Shown here piece after piece: positions 41,849 to 54,907 of a stretch of 64,000 bases of DNA (the stretch's first letter is position 1; each line of letters begins with the position of its first letter). This stretch comes from Mizuhopecten yessoensis. Its lineage: Eukaryota. The notes under the pieces are model-generated. The model made no database searches. It worked only from the letters and a program-made list of their open reading frames with translations, and was not told the DNA's origin. The position numbers and the translations under genes are program-made. The DNA lies in assembly GCF_002113885.1 (NCBI RefSeq), contig NW_018408507.1, positions 65,999 to 129,998 of the forward strand. Reading direction: 5' to 3'.

Positions 41849-44009
41849 GAAGCTTTGGCAGTACTGGAATCACCAGGTTTGCTTGATTGTAGATGACAAC
41901 TTAACATGAGATGACAGACCAAACACCTGGTCAAAAAGCAGTTATTCCTTTTAGAATGTCAGACTTTTCATTAACTCATCAAATCGATTCATGTCGTACA
42001 TATATATTTTGCACACCTCCAGTTACAGTTGATGTGGCTGTTATAATGACCTGACAGCCAGGGCGGTAAACGGACATTACATTTACACCCTAGGGTGAAG
42101 TTTGACAGGAATTGTCGTCCCGGTAGTGTGGTGAACATTCAATATTTTGCTGTTACAGCAGAATTTGAGGGCACTAATTAACTCTGAGATGAGCTGTTGT
42201 ACTCGATGTAATGATGACCTATGTGGACCTGTCGCTACCTCAGTGATAATTACACACCCCGGCTACAGCACAGTGACAGGGAGTTATGTCCCTTGGGGTC
42301 CTCCTCTTCCTGTTGAACCAGCTGCCGTACTTGACTTGTGTGTACTACATACACTTCATAATAATCTTTGATCTCCCAAACTTGACCATCAAATGCTAGC
42401 ATTGACTTCAGTAATAATTTCATTAGCCAATCATAGATGGTCATTAAGCAAGAACATCGGACCACACCTAAAAAGGGGTGTCAACATCAATCAATTTTGT
42501 AATGATCACACTTAATGTAACTTCAAAGTGCAATTTGATTACAAGGAATTATATCCATGGTTTCTGAATGAATAGAAAAATAATCTTACTAAACATTATT
42601 CAAGTATTTATTATATTTATACCAATTCATCTATTATAATTGAAACTTATGAAATTCCTAAAGTCTACTGATCAGAGTGCAGTTGGCTAATAAATTACGT
42701 AGATTGTAGTGTCAGTCATTTTATTACAACAAAATCTAATGTTGTTAGGTATCTTGTGGAAACTGACAGATAAGCACTCTCCAAAATTTACCATAATATA
42801 TCAGTGCTTTTTTTTACCTAAATTCTACAGCAGTCTGTTCCTTTATGAATTGGCAACATAAAGCATTATTTTTCTTGAAATTCAGAATATATTCCTCATT
42901 TTTTTGGGCATTTTGGGGAAATTAAAGGCACTTTTTAGCTGAGGGAAACAGCCTGTATTCAGCTGTAAAACTGAGCAAAATATATATATATATATACCTT
43001 CCATCAGTTTTTGACAGTCATATACAAATCCCTGAAAATATTTTTTAAATACTGCATAAAAAACCTTTGTTGTTTATTTAGTTTTGTAGTTTTCATGGTT
43101 GCAGTGAAATGACCAATATCAGTACTGTAATTTATAAAACAATTTAACTGATTCGACTGCAAACAACCAGAAAACCACAGAAGTTGGTATCATTAGAAAT
43201 AGTGTGTAGACATATTCACCTAAGTCATGAGAAAGGACCCAAGATTGTTTCATGTTATATACATGTACCGTACATATTTTAGATATTGTGGGGCGATCCA
43301 TAGTCCTCCAATGGTGTATAGGCAACATCACAATGAAAGAACAAAATTATTTTCCGTGTCAATTTTCAACCAGACAAAACTTGTGCATCAAAGGCAACTC
43401 CTGGCAAAATATGCTCCAGACAAACTCCATTAATAACTGGAGTCAGTGTGGTCAAAATATAGGTCACAGTGACCTAGTAAGAGATATGCCCCATACCAAC
43501 AGCTTCAACACTTTGGGTTAGAGGTCAAAATATAGTAACAGTGACCTACTTTATGCATACCATACTCTGCTATTTCAAGATGTATCTGGATATCAAATTT
43601 GATACAACTCCAGGTGAAATATTCTAGAAAATATGGGATGGAAGGAAAGATGGAATGTGAAATATGGAAGACAAAATGGAAATACATGGATGTAATGATA
43701 AGTCCTTGATCTCTCTAGTAGTATAATAAATAAGATTCTGGACATCATTTTGTTTCTACATAACTCAATCATCTTTAAACCAATTAAGTGTGAAAATTAC
43801 TCTACAATATTTCAATATTATTCAACCAACCAATTGGTCTCTTCATAACGAAGAAAATTGTTGCTATTATGAGAAGTTCCTGATAGGTTTAAAGCTTAGA
43901 ACCACAGGCACCTTTTACATTCTTCAAAAGTTGTACTCAGAAGCTGTCAGAGGTTAACCTTTTAACCAAACAGACATCATTTACTGTTGTAACAACATAC
44001 AATTTTATG

Positions 44010-46591
44010 GTATCAAACCTACACCTACTACAGATGGATGTCCCAATGTAAGTCTCACAGTGTGGATCTGCCTATAGAACTCCCATAGGCTGACATATAT
44101 CAAACACCTACTACAGAGGGATGTGCCAATATAAGTCTCACAATGTGTATCTTCCTATAGAACTCCCCTAGACTGACATATATCATACACCTTCTACAGA
44201 TGGATGTCCCAATGTAAGTCTCACAGTGTGGATCTGCCTATGGAACTCCCCTAGACTGACATATATCATACACCTTCTACAGATGGATGTCCCAATGTAA
44301 GTCTCACAGTGTGGATCTGCCTATAGACCTCCCCTAGACTGACATATATCAATCACCTACTACAGATGGATGTCCCACTCTAAGACTCACAGTGTGTATC
44401 TGCCTATAGAACTCCCCTAGACTGGGATATAGCAAACACCTACTACAGATGGATGCCCCAATCTAAGTCTCACAGTGTGGATCTGCCTATGGAACTCCCC
44501 TAGACTGACATATATCATACACCTTCTACAGATGGATGTCCCAATGTAAGTCTCACAGTGTGGATCTGCCTATAGAACACCCCTACACTGACATATATCA
44601 AACACCTACTACAGATGCATGTCCCAATCTAAGTCTCACAATTTGGATCTGCCTATAGAACTCCCCTTGACTGAGATATATCAAACTCCTACTACAGATG
44701 GATGTCCCAATGTAAGTCTCACAGTGTGGATCTGCCTATAGACCTCCCCTAGACTGACATATATCAAACACCTACTACAGAGGGATGTGCCAATATAAGT
44801 CTCACAATGTGTATCTGCCTATAGAACTCCCCTAGGCTGAAATATATCAAACACCTACTACAGATGCATGTCCCAATCTAAGTCTCACAATTTGGATCTG
44901 CCTATAGAACTCCCCCAGACTGACATATATCAAACACCTACTACAGATGCATGTCCCAATCTAAGTCTCACAAGGTGGATCTGCCTATAGAACTCCCATA
45001 GGCTGACATATATCAAACACCTACTACAGATGGATATCCCAATCTAAGTCTCCCCATGTGGATCTGCCTATAGAACTCGCCTAGACTGAGATATATCAAA
45101 CACCTACTACAGATGGATTTCCCAATCTAAGTCTCACAGTTTGTATCTTCCTATAGAACTCCCCTAGACTGAGATATATCAAACACTTACTTCAGATGGA
45201 TGTCCCAATCTAAGTCCCACAGTGTGGATCTGCCTATAGACCTCCCCTAGACTGACATATATCATACACCTTCTACAGATGGATGTCCCAATCTAAGGCT
45301 CACAATGTGTATCTGCCTATAGAACTCCCCTAGGCTGAAATATATCAAACACCTACTACAGATGGACGTCCCAATCTAAGTCTCACAGTGGGGATCTGCC
45401 TATAGAACTCCCCTATACTGACATATATCAAACACCTACTACAGATGCATGTCCCAATCTAAGTCTCACAAGGTGGATCTGCCTATAGAACTCCCATAGG
45501 CTGACATATATCAAACACCTACTACAGATGGAGGTCCGAATCTAAGTCTCACAATGTGGATCTGCGTATAGAACTCCCCTAGACTGACATATATCATACA
45601 CCTTCTACAGATGGATGTCCCAATCTAAGGCTCACAATGTGTATCTGCCTATAGAACTCCCCTAGACTGGGATATAGCAAACACCTACTACAGATGGATG
45701 TTCCAATCTAAGTCTCACAATGTGGATCTGCCTATAGAACACCCCTACACTGACATATATCAAACACCTACTACAGAGGGATGTCCCAATCTAAGTCTCA
45801 CCATGTGGATCTGCCTATAGAGCTCCCCTAGACTGACATATATCATACACCTTCTACAGATGGATGTCCCAATGTAAGTCTCACAGTGTGGATCTGCCTA
45901 TAGACCTCCCCTAGACTGACATATATCAATCACCTACTACAGATGGATGTCCCAAACTAACACTCACAATGTGGATCTGCCTATAGAACACCCCTACACT
46001 GACATATATCAAACACCTACTACAGATGCATGTCCCAATCTAAGTCTCACAATTTGGATCTGCCTATAGAACTCCCCTAGGCTGACATACATCAAACACC
46101 TACTACAGATGGAAGTCCGAATCTAAGTCTCACAATGTGGATCTGCCTATAGAACTCCCATAGGCTGACATATATCAAACACCTACTACAGATGGAAGTC
46201 CGAATCTAAGTCTCACAATGTGGATCTGCCTATAGAACTCCCCTAGGCTGACATATATCAAACACCTACTACAGATGGATCTCCCAATCTAATTCTCACA
46301 ATGTGGATCTGCCTATAGAACTCCCCTTGACTGAGATATATCAAACTCCTACTACAGATGGATGTCCCAATCGAAGTCTCACAGTGTGGATCTGCCTATA
46401 GAACTCCCCTAGACTGAGATATATCAAACCCCTACTACAGATGGATGTCCCAATCTAAGACTCACAATGTGGATCTGCCTATAGAACTCCCCTAGACTGA
46501 GATATATCAAACACCTACTAAAGATGGATGTCCCAATCTAAGTCTCACAGTGTGGATCTGCCTATAGAACTCCCCTAGACTGAGATATATC
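44010..46591. repeat. 83-bp minisatellite (~31 copies)
   Basis: tatatcaaacacctactacagatggatgtcccaatctaagtctcacaatgtggatctgcctatagaactcccctagactgaca. Confidence 0.95.
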
Positions 46592-47592
46592 GGGGTATTG
46601 ATCTATAACAGATGACACATTAGTATCGTCAATGTAATGTTTCCATAAGGATATACTCTACAAACATATGGCTCTCTCCCACTACTTTGATTTGTTTAGG
46701 GAACTCTCATCCATGAAACTAGAAACTAGTCTGAATTTTTAAATCTGACTCTATGTTGTGAGTCAGAGCTGGTACGTCATGACGCGAGTGCTTTCAATAT
46801 AATTTTGTGCGTTATGGTGGACCTATTGGGTCATTTTATAGCATTCACACATCTTTAGGCAGTAGAAGAATCAATTATTGTTTGATACATTGCTTGTAAC
46901 CCAAAACCAAAAAATCCTGCAATTTGTGTCTTTTGCTCATCAAAGCTAGCTGTCTTTTTTGATGTCTGGATCTTGAAGGTATTGCTATGATATTGTGTCA
47001 GTTCAGCCAAAACTATCATTTAGTCCAGTAGTTATTACGAAGTATTTAGCCCCTAGTTAACAAATTTTGGTCATTTGTCACAGCTGTGGAATTACTTTTC
47101 TTTAACTCTAATACATCAGAGTTCACATATAAGTACAAAAAGAATTGTCTGGTGCTTTCATGATGAAATATCATATCACATCAAACTATTTCAATAGAAA
47201 TTTAGACCTAGATTAATTATTTAACTAAAGGAGATAATCAAAATTTAAAGAGAAAATGAATTTTAAATTTCAAAATAAGTAAAAACTGTTCCTAGATTTA
47301 GAGAAAAATTAGGAAAAAGTTTGGGTCTCATTATCCCATATAACAAATATCCCATATAACAAATATTTCATAACTCCCTCATACAACTTATAACACAAAA
47401 CACATTAGATATTAAACAAAAAGTACACTATATAAATATAAACAGCATGAGTTATAGTGTCCAAATATTATGAATGATATCAAATCACCAAACCTAAAAC
47501 AAAAAAGATATGCTGAGGAAAATAAAAATGAAATTAGTCTTTGAATAAATCTATAAAGATTATACAAACCATAATCTCCTACAAGGAATTGT

Positions 47593-47886
47593 CTGTCGTA
47601 CTGTCCAGCAGCCATGTCCTTCACATTCTACTGATCCCTCTTTACCTACTCAACAGACCTACAGCTGACCAATGCCTCTAGCCACACAGTGCCTGTGTCG
47701 TATTGTCCAGCAGCAGTGGCCTTCACATTCTACTGATCCCGCCCTACCTACTCAACAGACCAACAGCTGACCAACACCTCTAGCCACACAGTGCCTGTGT
47801 CCTATTGTCCAGCAGCAGTGGCCTTCACATTCTACTGACCCTGCCCTACCTACTCAACAGACCAACAGCTGAACAACTAGCCACAT
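47593..47886. repeat. ~102-bp tandem repeat, ~3 copies
   Basis: tgtccagcagcagtggccttcacattctactgatcc...acctactcaacagacc. Confidence 0.88.
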
Positions 47887-47974
47887 TTGTAAACTTCTGT
47901 CCAATATATCTCCAGTTATTTCTCATATGTGTTGATTTAATATAGCATTACTGAAATTTGTAACTCTATCACCA

Positions 47975-48530
47975 GGAACCGCTATACATCACTTCCTGTC
48001 ACTAGGAACCGCTACATATCACTTCCTGTTATACAAGTTATGGCTACACATCACTTCCTGTTATACAAATTACTGCTACATATCACTTCCTGTGTCACTG
48101 GTGACCACAACACATCACTTCCTGTGTCACTGGTGACCATAACATATCACTTCCTGTGTCACTGGTGACCACAACACATCACTTCCTGTGTCACTGGTGA
48201 CCACAACACATCACTTCCTGGGTGACTGGTGACCACAACACATCACTTCCTGTGTCACTGGTGACCACAACACATCACTTCCTGTGTCACTGGTGACCAC
48301 AACACATCATTTCCTGTGTCACTGGTGACCACAACACATCACTTCCTGTGTCACAGGTGAACACTACACAACTCTTACTGTATCACTATAGTATACACTA
48401 AATACACTTTCCTGAACCACTAGTATACACTACATAGGAATTCCTGTACAAGTGGTTTACATCACATACAACTTTTCTGTATCACTAGTATACATAACAC
48501 ATCATTTCCTTTATCACTAGTATACACTTT
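47975..48530. repeat. 32-bp minisatellite with a cacttcctg core
   Basis: cacatcacttcctgtgtcactggtgaccacaa. Confidence 0.9.
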
Positions 48531-50317
48531 ATATATGTTTGTGAAGTTTCATGAATATCTGTTGAGAGAGCCTTTTTCTGTAAAATTCTTTTTTTTTAGA
48601 AAATAGGTCAATGTCATTTCTTTTGCACAGTTTGTGACACTCGATACGAGCAAGCCAATGATTAAATAAAGTAACACGTCTTTTGGCCTATCAATACTTT
48701 TAAGCATTTTCAAGTTTGAACCCTGTGACCTATCAAGGCTACAGGTCAAGGTTTTCTGTTTGCAATCTTTGTAGCACTTCATGCCAGAAACTACAGGCCA
48801 ACTTTTATGACTTAACAAATTTGATCACAGTGACTTTGAATATGGGTCAAGGTCATTTTTATCCCCAAAGTTTGTATCATTACTTTAGTTCTTTTGGTTC
48901 TTCTATGGATTTCATTTGAATGTCTAAATAGATTTGACTTTTATGACCTTCAATATAGGTCAAGGTCATATATTGCAGCAAACATTGAAGCGGTCAATGC
49001 CAGCCTCTTTGTTTTATGTGAATGTTTTCAGATGTAAATATTGTACAATGTGATTTTTTCTTTCGCAAACTTTGTTAACATCACTAAGGGTGTTACATGA
49101 TAAATATCAAAACACAGAATGTTGGTTTGTTAATAGAAGATATTTTTTTGGTATCAAATTTTAACTCCCCTTTTGGGCCCCTAAAATGAGCAAACCGCTT
49201 TTCCATTGCAAATCTGGAACTCAATCACCTAGGAATACTCCATAGCAAATTTTGTTGAAATTGATCCAATGGTTTTCATGAAGAAACTGTTTAAAGAAAA
49301 ATATTACAAACGATGGAAGACTGCTAACGGATGACAATGGATTGACATTACCCACTTAGCCTTTTCGTCTAGGTGAGTGGTATGGAAAGTGTTTCACCTT
49401 CTCAAAAGGATAAGTGTACTAAAATAACTTCAATCCTATAACACTAGTGCACAACACACTATTACCTAATCTTCCGGGTAGTATTATCACTAAACACTAC
49501 TTCCTGTATCTATAGTTACAACTGGTACTTTCTGTACCAGTAGGTCTCGACCATTCCTCTTAACATTTAGTTCATCAACACTGATGTTAAGTACTTTGAA
49601 CATGCCACCTGTACAGCTACCTGTTAATCCTTTGTGTGCTGCCACCAAGCCTCTCAACATTCCTCAACGCCAGCACGGCCACTTGTTAATCCCACCACTA
49701 CAACCAACATTTAAATCCTAATTCTTGTTGTAATTCCCGGAATGTCACCAATATTCCTCTTCTTCCTGTTAGTCCCAGCACACTCACTATCACCAGAATA
49801 CTACCTGTGACTGCTCCTCCACCACACTATATCACAGGACTTCTCCCTCCACCTATAGCCCGTCAGCTGTATCATAATAGTGATACAGTAGAGATTCAGT
49901 CACATGTCATCTACCCAGTGACAATACTGGAGCAGGGACAGCCAGTTGCAGGTGCAGACAGCCAAAATACACAGCTTCACAAAGGCATTAGTGTTTTTGA
50001 ATGCTTGGCAAGAGAAGACCAAGAAAAAACCTTCATGGTGACGCTAACCTTGAATGGTTTATCGTGGGATTCTCATATTTTTCTACATCTTTCATTCATC
50101 TTGATTGCCAATAAAAGAGATGTTGGCTGATGAGCAGGATGAGCTAGTTTGTGTCAGTGGCAGCAAGCAGTATGAAGGAGGCCAGCAGCCAGGTACACAC
50201 ATGCCAACCCAGCTGACATCACTACACAGCATCCTTACAACCCACATGTATACCACAAGCCATATGTGATGTCTTAGCCAGGCCACACTAGTACTTGTAT
50301 ACAATATCCCTATGATC

Positions 50318-52150
50318 TGTACCTGTACTGTAGCTGTGTTGTACCAGTACTGTACCTTTGTTGTACAAGAACTGAACCTGTGCTGTATCAGTACTGTAAC
50401 TGTGTTGTACCAGTATTGTACCTGTATTGTACCTGTATTGTGCCATTGTTATATTTGTCTTTTACCAGTACTGTACCTGTTGTACCAGTACTGTTCCTGT
50501 GTTGTACCAGTACTGTACCCATACTGTACCTGTATTGTGCCATTATTGTACCTGTGCTGTACCTAAACTGTACCTGTGTTGTTCCAGTACTAAACCTGTG
50601 TTGTACCAGTACTAAACCTGTGTTGTACCAGTACTGTACCTGTGTTGTACCTGTACTGTTCCTGTGTTGTACCAGTACTTCACCTGTGTTGTACCAGAAC
50701 TGTACATGTGTTGGTTGAACCAGTACTGTATACTGTACCTGTGTTGTACCAGTACTGTACCTATGTTGTACCAGAACTGTACCAGTGTTGTAGTAATACT
50801 GTACCTGTGTTGTACCAGAACTGTACCTGTATTGTACCAATACTGTACCTGTGTTGTACCAGTACTGTACCTATGTTGTAACAGAACTGTACCTGTGTTG
50901 TAGTAATACTGTTCCTGTGTTGTACCAGTACTGTTCCTATGTTGTACCAGAACTGTACCTGTGTTGTAGTAATACTGTACCTGTGTTGTACCAGTACTGT
51001 GCCTGTGTTGTACCAGTACTGTACCTATGTTGTTCCAGAACTGTACCTGTGTTGTAGTAATACTGTACCTGTGTTGTACCAGTACTGTACCTATGTTGTT
51101 CCAGAACTGTACCAGTGTTGTAGTAATACTGAACCTGTGTTGTACAAGAACTGTACCTGTATTGTACCAATACTGTACCTGTGTTGTACCAGAACTGTAC
51201 CTGTGTTGTAGTAATACTGTACCTGTGTTGTACTAATACTGTACCTGTGTTGTACCAAAACTTTACCTGTGTTGTACCAATACTGTACCTGTGTTGTACC
51301 AATACTGTACCTGTGTTGTACCAGTACTGTACCTATGTTGTACCTAAACTGTACCTGTGTTGTACCAGAACTGTACCTGTGTTGTACCAATACTGTACCT
51401 GTGTTGTACCAGTACTGTACCTATGTTGTACCTAAACTGTACCTGTGTTGTACCAGAACTGTACCTGTGTTGTACCAGAACTGTACCTGTGTTGTACCAA
51501 TACTGTACCTTTGTTGTGCCAGTACTGTACCTATGTTGTACCAAAACTGTACCTGTGTTGTACCAATACTTTACCTGTGTTGTACCAATACTGTACCTGT
51601 GTTGTACCAGTACTGTACCTGTGTTGTACCAATACTGTACCTGTGTTGTACCAATACTGTACCTGTGTTGTACCAGAACTGTACCTGTGTTGTACCAAAA
51701 CTGTACCTGTGTTGTACCTGTGTCGTACCAGTACTGTTCCTATGTTGTATCTGTACAATACCTGTACTGTACCTGTGTTGCACCAGTACTATATCTGTGT
51801 TGTACCTGTGTTGTACCAGTACTTCGCCTGTGTTGTACCAGTACTTCTCCTGTGTTGTACCAGTACTTCACCTGTGTTGTACCAGAACTGTACATGTGTT
51901 GGTTGAACCAGTACTGTATACTGTACCTGTGTTGTACCAGTACTGTATACTGTACCTGTGTTGTACCAGAACTGTAAGTGTGTTGTGTTGTACCAGTACT
52001 GTACCTGTGTAGTACCAGAACTGTACCTGTGTTGTACCAGTACTTTGCCTGTGTTGTACCAGAACTGTACCTGTGTTGTACCAGTACTGTTAGTGTGTTG
52101 TACCAGAACTGTAAGTGTGTTGTACCAGTACTTTACCAGTGTTGTACCAA
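50318..52150. repeat. 22-bp (11-bp subunit) minisatellite
   Basis: ctgtacctgtgttgtaccagta; source of the many spurious C/V/P/L/Y ORFs. Confidence 0.95.
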
Positions 52151-52598
52151 TATATATATATACTGAACAGGTTGGGTTATTTTGCTGTTATGACTTATGC
52201 TGATATGCTTTTGTAACTTTTTTTTTTTTTTTTTTTTAAATCGTTAGTGAAGGACAGCTTCATTTTTCAAAGATCTTTAATAACAATAAATGCATGTTTG
52301 GTAATCTGATACTGTCATACAAAAATGTTTGTTCCTCTGCTGTTGAACTTGATAATGCTAAGGATCTGTCCCAGGCAGAGCAAAACACTGAAGAATTCCA
52401 CTGTCGTTTTTCCGTGTTAGAGTCACCTGCCCCTGATTACCATTTCGACAATGTTGTAATCTTCCCTTGAATAGATTTCGTTTGAATAACGTTTCGTCTA
52501 CAGAGTTGTGTCCCTTGCATTGAAAATCTCCAATTGCAAAAGTGTGGGGAAAAAATCTGTCGTTACTATGTACACAACGTCCTGGTGGCAGTCATCTC

Positions 52599-52997
52599 AT
52601 GGCCGACACGCAAGCCCGACGTAAAAACGGCAGCTTAAAATGTTAATAAAATGCATTAACTGACAACAATAACAACAACGATGTCCAATATCAACTGCTA
52701 GACCACAACTATGCGACAAAACAAAGTGACACTCGTTCACACATTGAAGAGACGCTGACTACTGAGGCCCCTACTACTGACAATTTTACTGACGTCCGAT
52801 GAGGATCCTGCAGTACTAGTGATCACGAATACGCCAATAACTTTTTAACCTGGTCGCAGGGTAGACGAGTGGTTGAACTCGCGGTGTTATCTGAATACCT
52901 GGACCAGAAAGGTTGTAAGGAATGCGGTACTAGGCTACGGTTGAGCAATACCCGACAGGAAAGTCATTTTGGCCTGAGAAGTATTTTATACATACAA
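52599..52997 (+). pseudogene. Decayed first exon of a DNA transposase (Mutator-like/Kolobok-type N-terminus)
   Basis: One frame from ATG 52599 carries premature stops and encodes DHNY, DHEY and WSQGRRVVELAVL...CKEC...L.L......GLRSILYI. It ends at CAA|gtaagt. The GRRxVxL-CxxC-GL.S.L.I pattern is recalled from invertebrate Mutator-like transposases and was not searched. Confidence 0.6.
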
Positions 52998-54032
52998 GTA
53001 AGTGTATCACACGACATCACAATAGTCAGGATTATATTTCATATTTGTAATTTATATGCCCATTTTTACAATGTGATATTTTTATACCACAATATTGTAT
53101 GTTGTTATTTGTGCATGGGTAAAAGTTTATTATTATTATATAGTGTGATATTTGTTATACCACAATATATATAGTATGTTTTTATCTGTATATAATGACA
53201 AAGTTTATTATAGCTATATAGTGTGATCTTTTTTATATCACACTATGGTATGTTGTTATCTGTACATAATGTGAAAGTTTATTATTGTTTTGTTCAGAAT
53301 GTAAAAGTTTATTATTGTTGTATAGTGTGATTTTTTTTATATCACAACATAATATGTTATTTGTACAGTATGTAGAAATTTATTATTGTTGTGTAAAAAA
53401 TGTGGAACTTTGTTTTTGTTGTTCATTGTGACATTTTTGCTATGACACAGTAAAGTACATTGTTTGTTATAATGTTATCCATACACAAAGTACAATTTGT
53501 TTTATATTGGTTATTACATTTGAAATAATGTTATTGGTTGGTAATGCCTACTGTATTACATTCGTATATACAAAGTGCTATATTGTATGTTGTAAATTGT
53601 ATATATGACTTTTTGGGATTTAGAATTATTATTGTTACAAATGTAAGAGTTGTCTCTCTTTTTTGTTAAGTTTTTTTGTATGTTTATATTTTTTTTGTAG
53701 AATAAGTAAGTCTGCAGGTATTTATTTTTTGACACCTATATTTTCTTTTCGTCGTCCTAAATGTGCTGCATTGGCACTCGGAATTTTATTGATTCATGTA
53801 ATGGGCTTTTTTGTTTGTTTTAGTATTATTGTTAGAAAATTACTCATTTTTCGTGTTTTTTTCATCAATATTGACATTGTTATAATTTTTTATGTGTTAT
53901 ATTTCTAATAAACCATTGTTACATCAAATAATATATGTTTGTTTCATTTTGTTCAATTGAAAAAAAATGAAAAAAAAAAATGAAATTTCATAATTTCCCA
54001 AAAGATCTGAAGAAACTCCTGCAAGGTATGGG

Positions 54033-54907
54033 TTATTGTTCAGAAATAATTTGCTTACACAATAGCGATGCTGTAGAAGTATTGTTCAGAAATGATTTGC
54101 TTACACAATAGCGATGCTGTAGAAGTATTGTTCAGATATGATTTGCTTACAGAATAGCGATGCTGTAGAAGTATTGTTCAGATATGATTTGCTTACACAA
54201 TAGCGATGCTGTAGAAGTATTGTTCAGATATGATTTGCTTACACAATAGCGATGCTGTAGAAGTATTGTTCAGATATGATTTGCTTACACAATAGCGATG
54301 CTGTAGAAGTATTGTTCAGATATGATTTGCTTACACAATAGCGATGCTGTAGAAGTATTGTTCAGATATGATTTGCTTACACAATAGCGATGCTGTAGAA
54401 GTATTGTTCAGATATGATTTGCTTACAGAATAGCGATGCTGTAGAAGTAATGTTCAGATATGATTTGCTTACAGAATAGCGATGCTGTAGAAGTATTGTT
54501 CAGATATGATTTGCTTACAGAATAGCGATGCTGTAGAAGTATTGTTCAGATATGATTTGCTTACAGAATAGCGATGCTGTAGAAGTAATGTTCAGATATG
54601 ATTTGCTTACACAATAGCGATGCTGTAGAAGTATTGTTCAGATATGATTTGCTTACAGAATAGCGATGCTGTAGAAGTAATGTTCAGATATGATTTGCTT
54701 ACAGAATAGCGATGCTGTAGAAGTATTGTTCAGATATGATTTGCTTACAGAATAGCGATGCTGTAGAAGTAATGTTCAGATATGATTTGCTTACACAATA
54801 GCGATGCTGTAGAAGTATTGTTCAGATATGATTTGCTTACAGAATAGCGATGCTGTAGAAGTAATGTTCAGATATGATTTGCTTACACAATAGCGATGCT
54901 GTAGAAG
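54033..54907. repeat. 46-bp minisatellite (19 copies) containing acceptor + 12-nt microexon + donor on the minus strand
   Basis: tattgttcagatatgatttgcttaca(c/g)aatagcgatgctgtagaag. Confidence 0.95.

Noticed and set aside
41704-41934. 76-aa minus-strand ORF as an upstream coding exon
   Set aside because: It contains a frameshifting 47-bp duplication and has no convincing donor or family similarity
50312-52203. Many Cys-rich ORFs
   Set aside because: Artefacts of the 22-bp repeat
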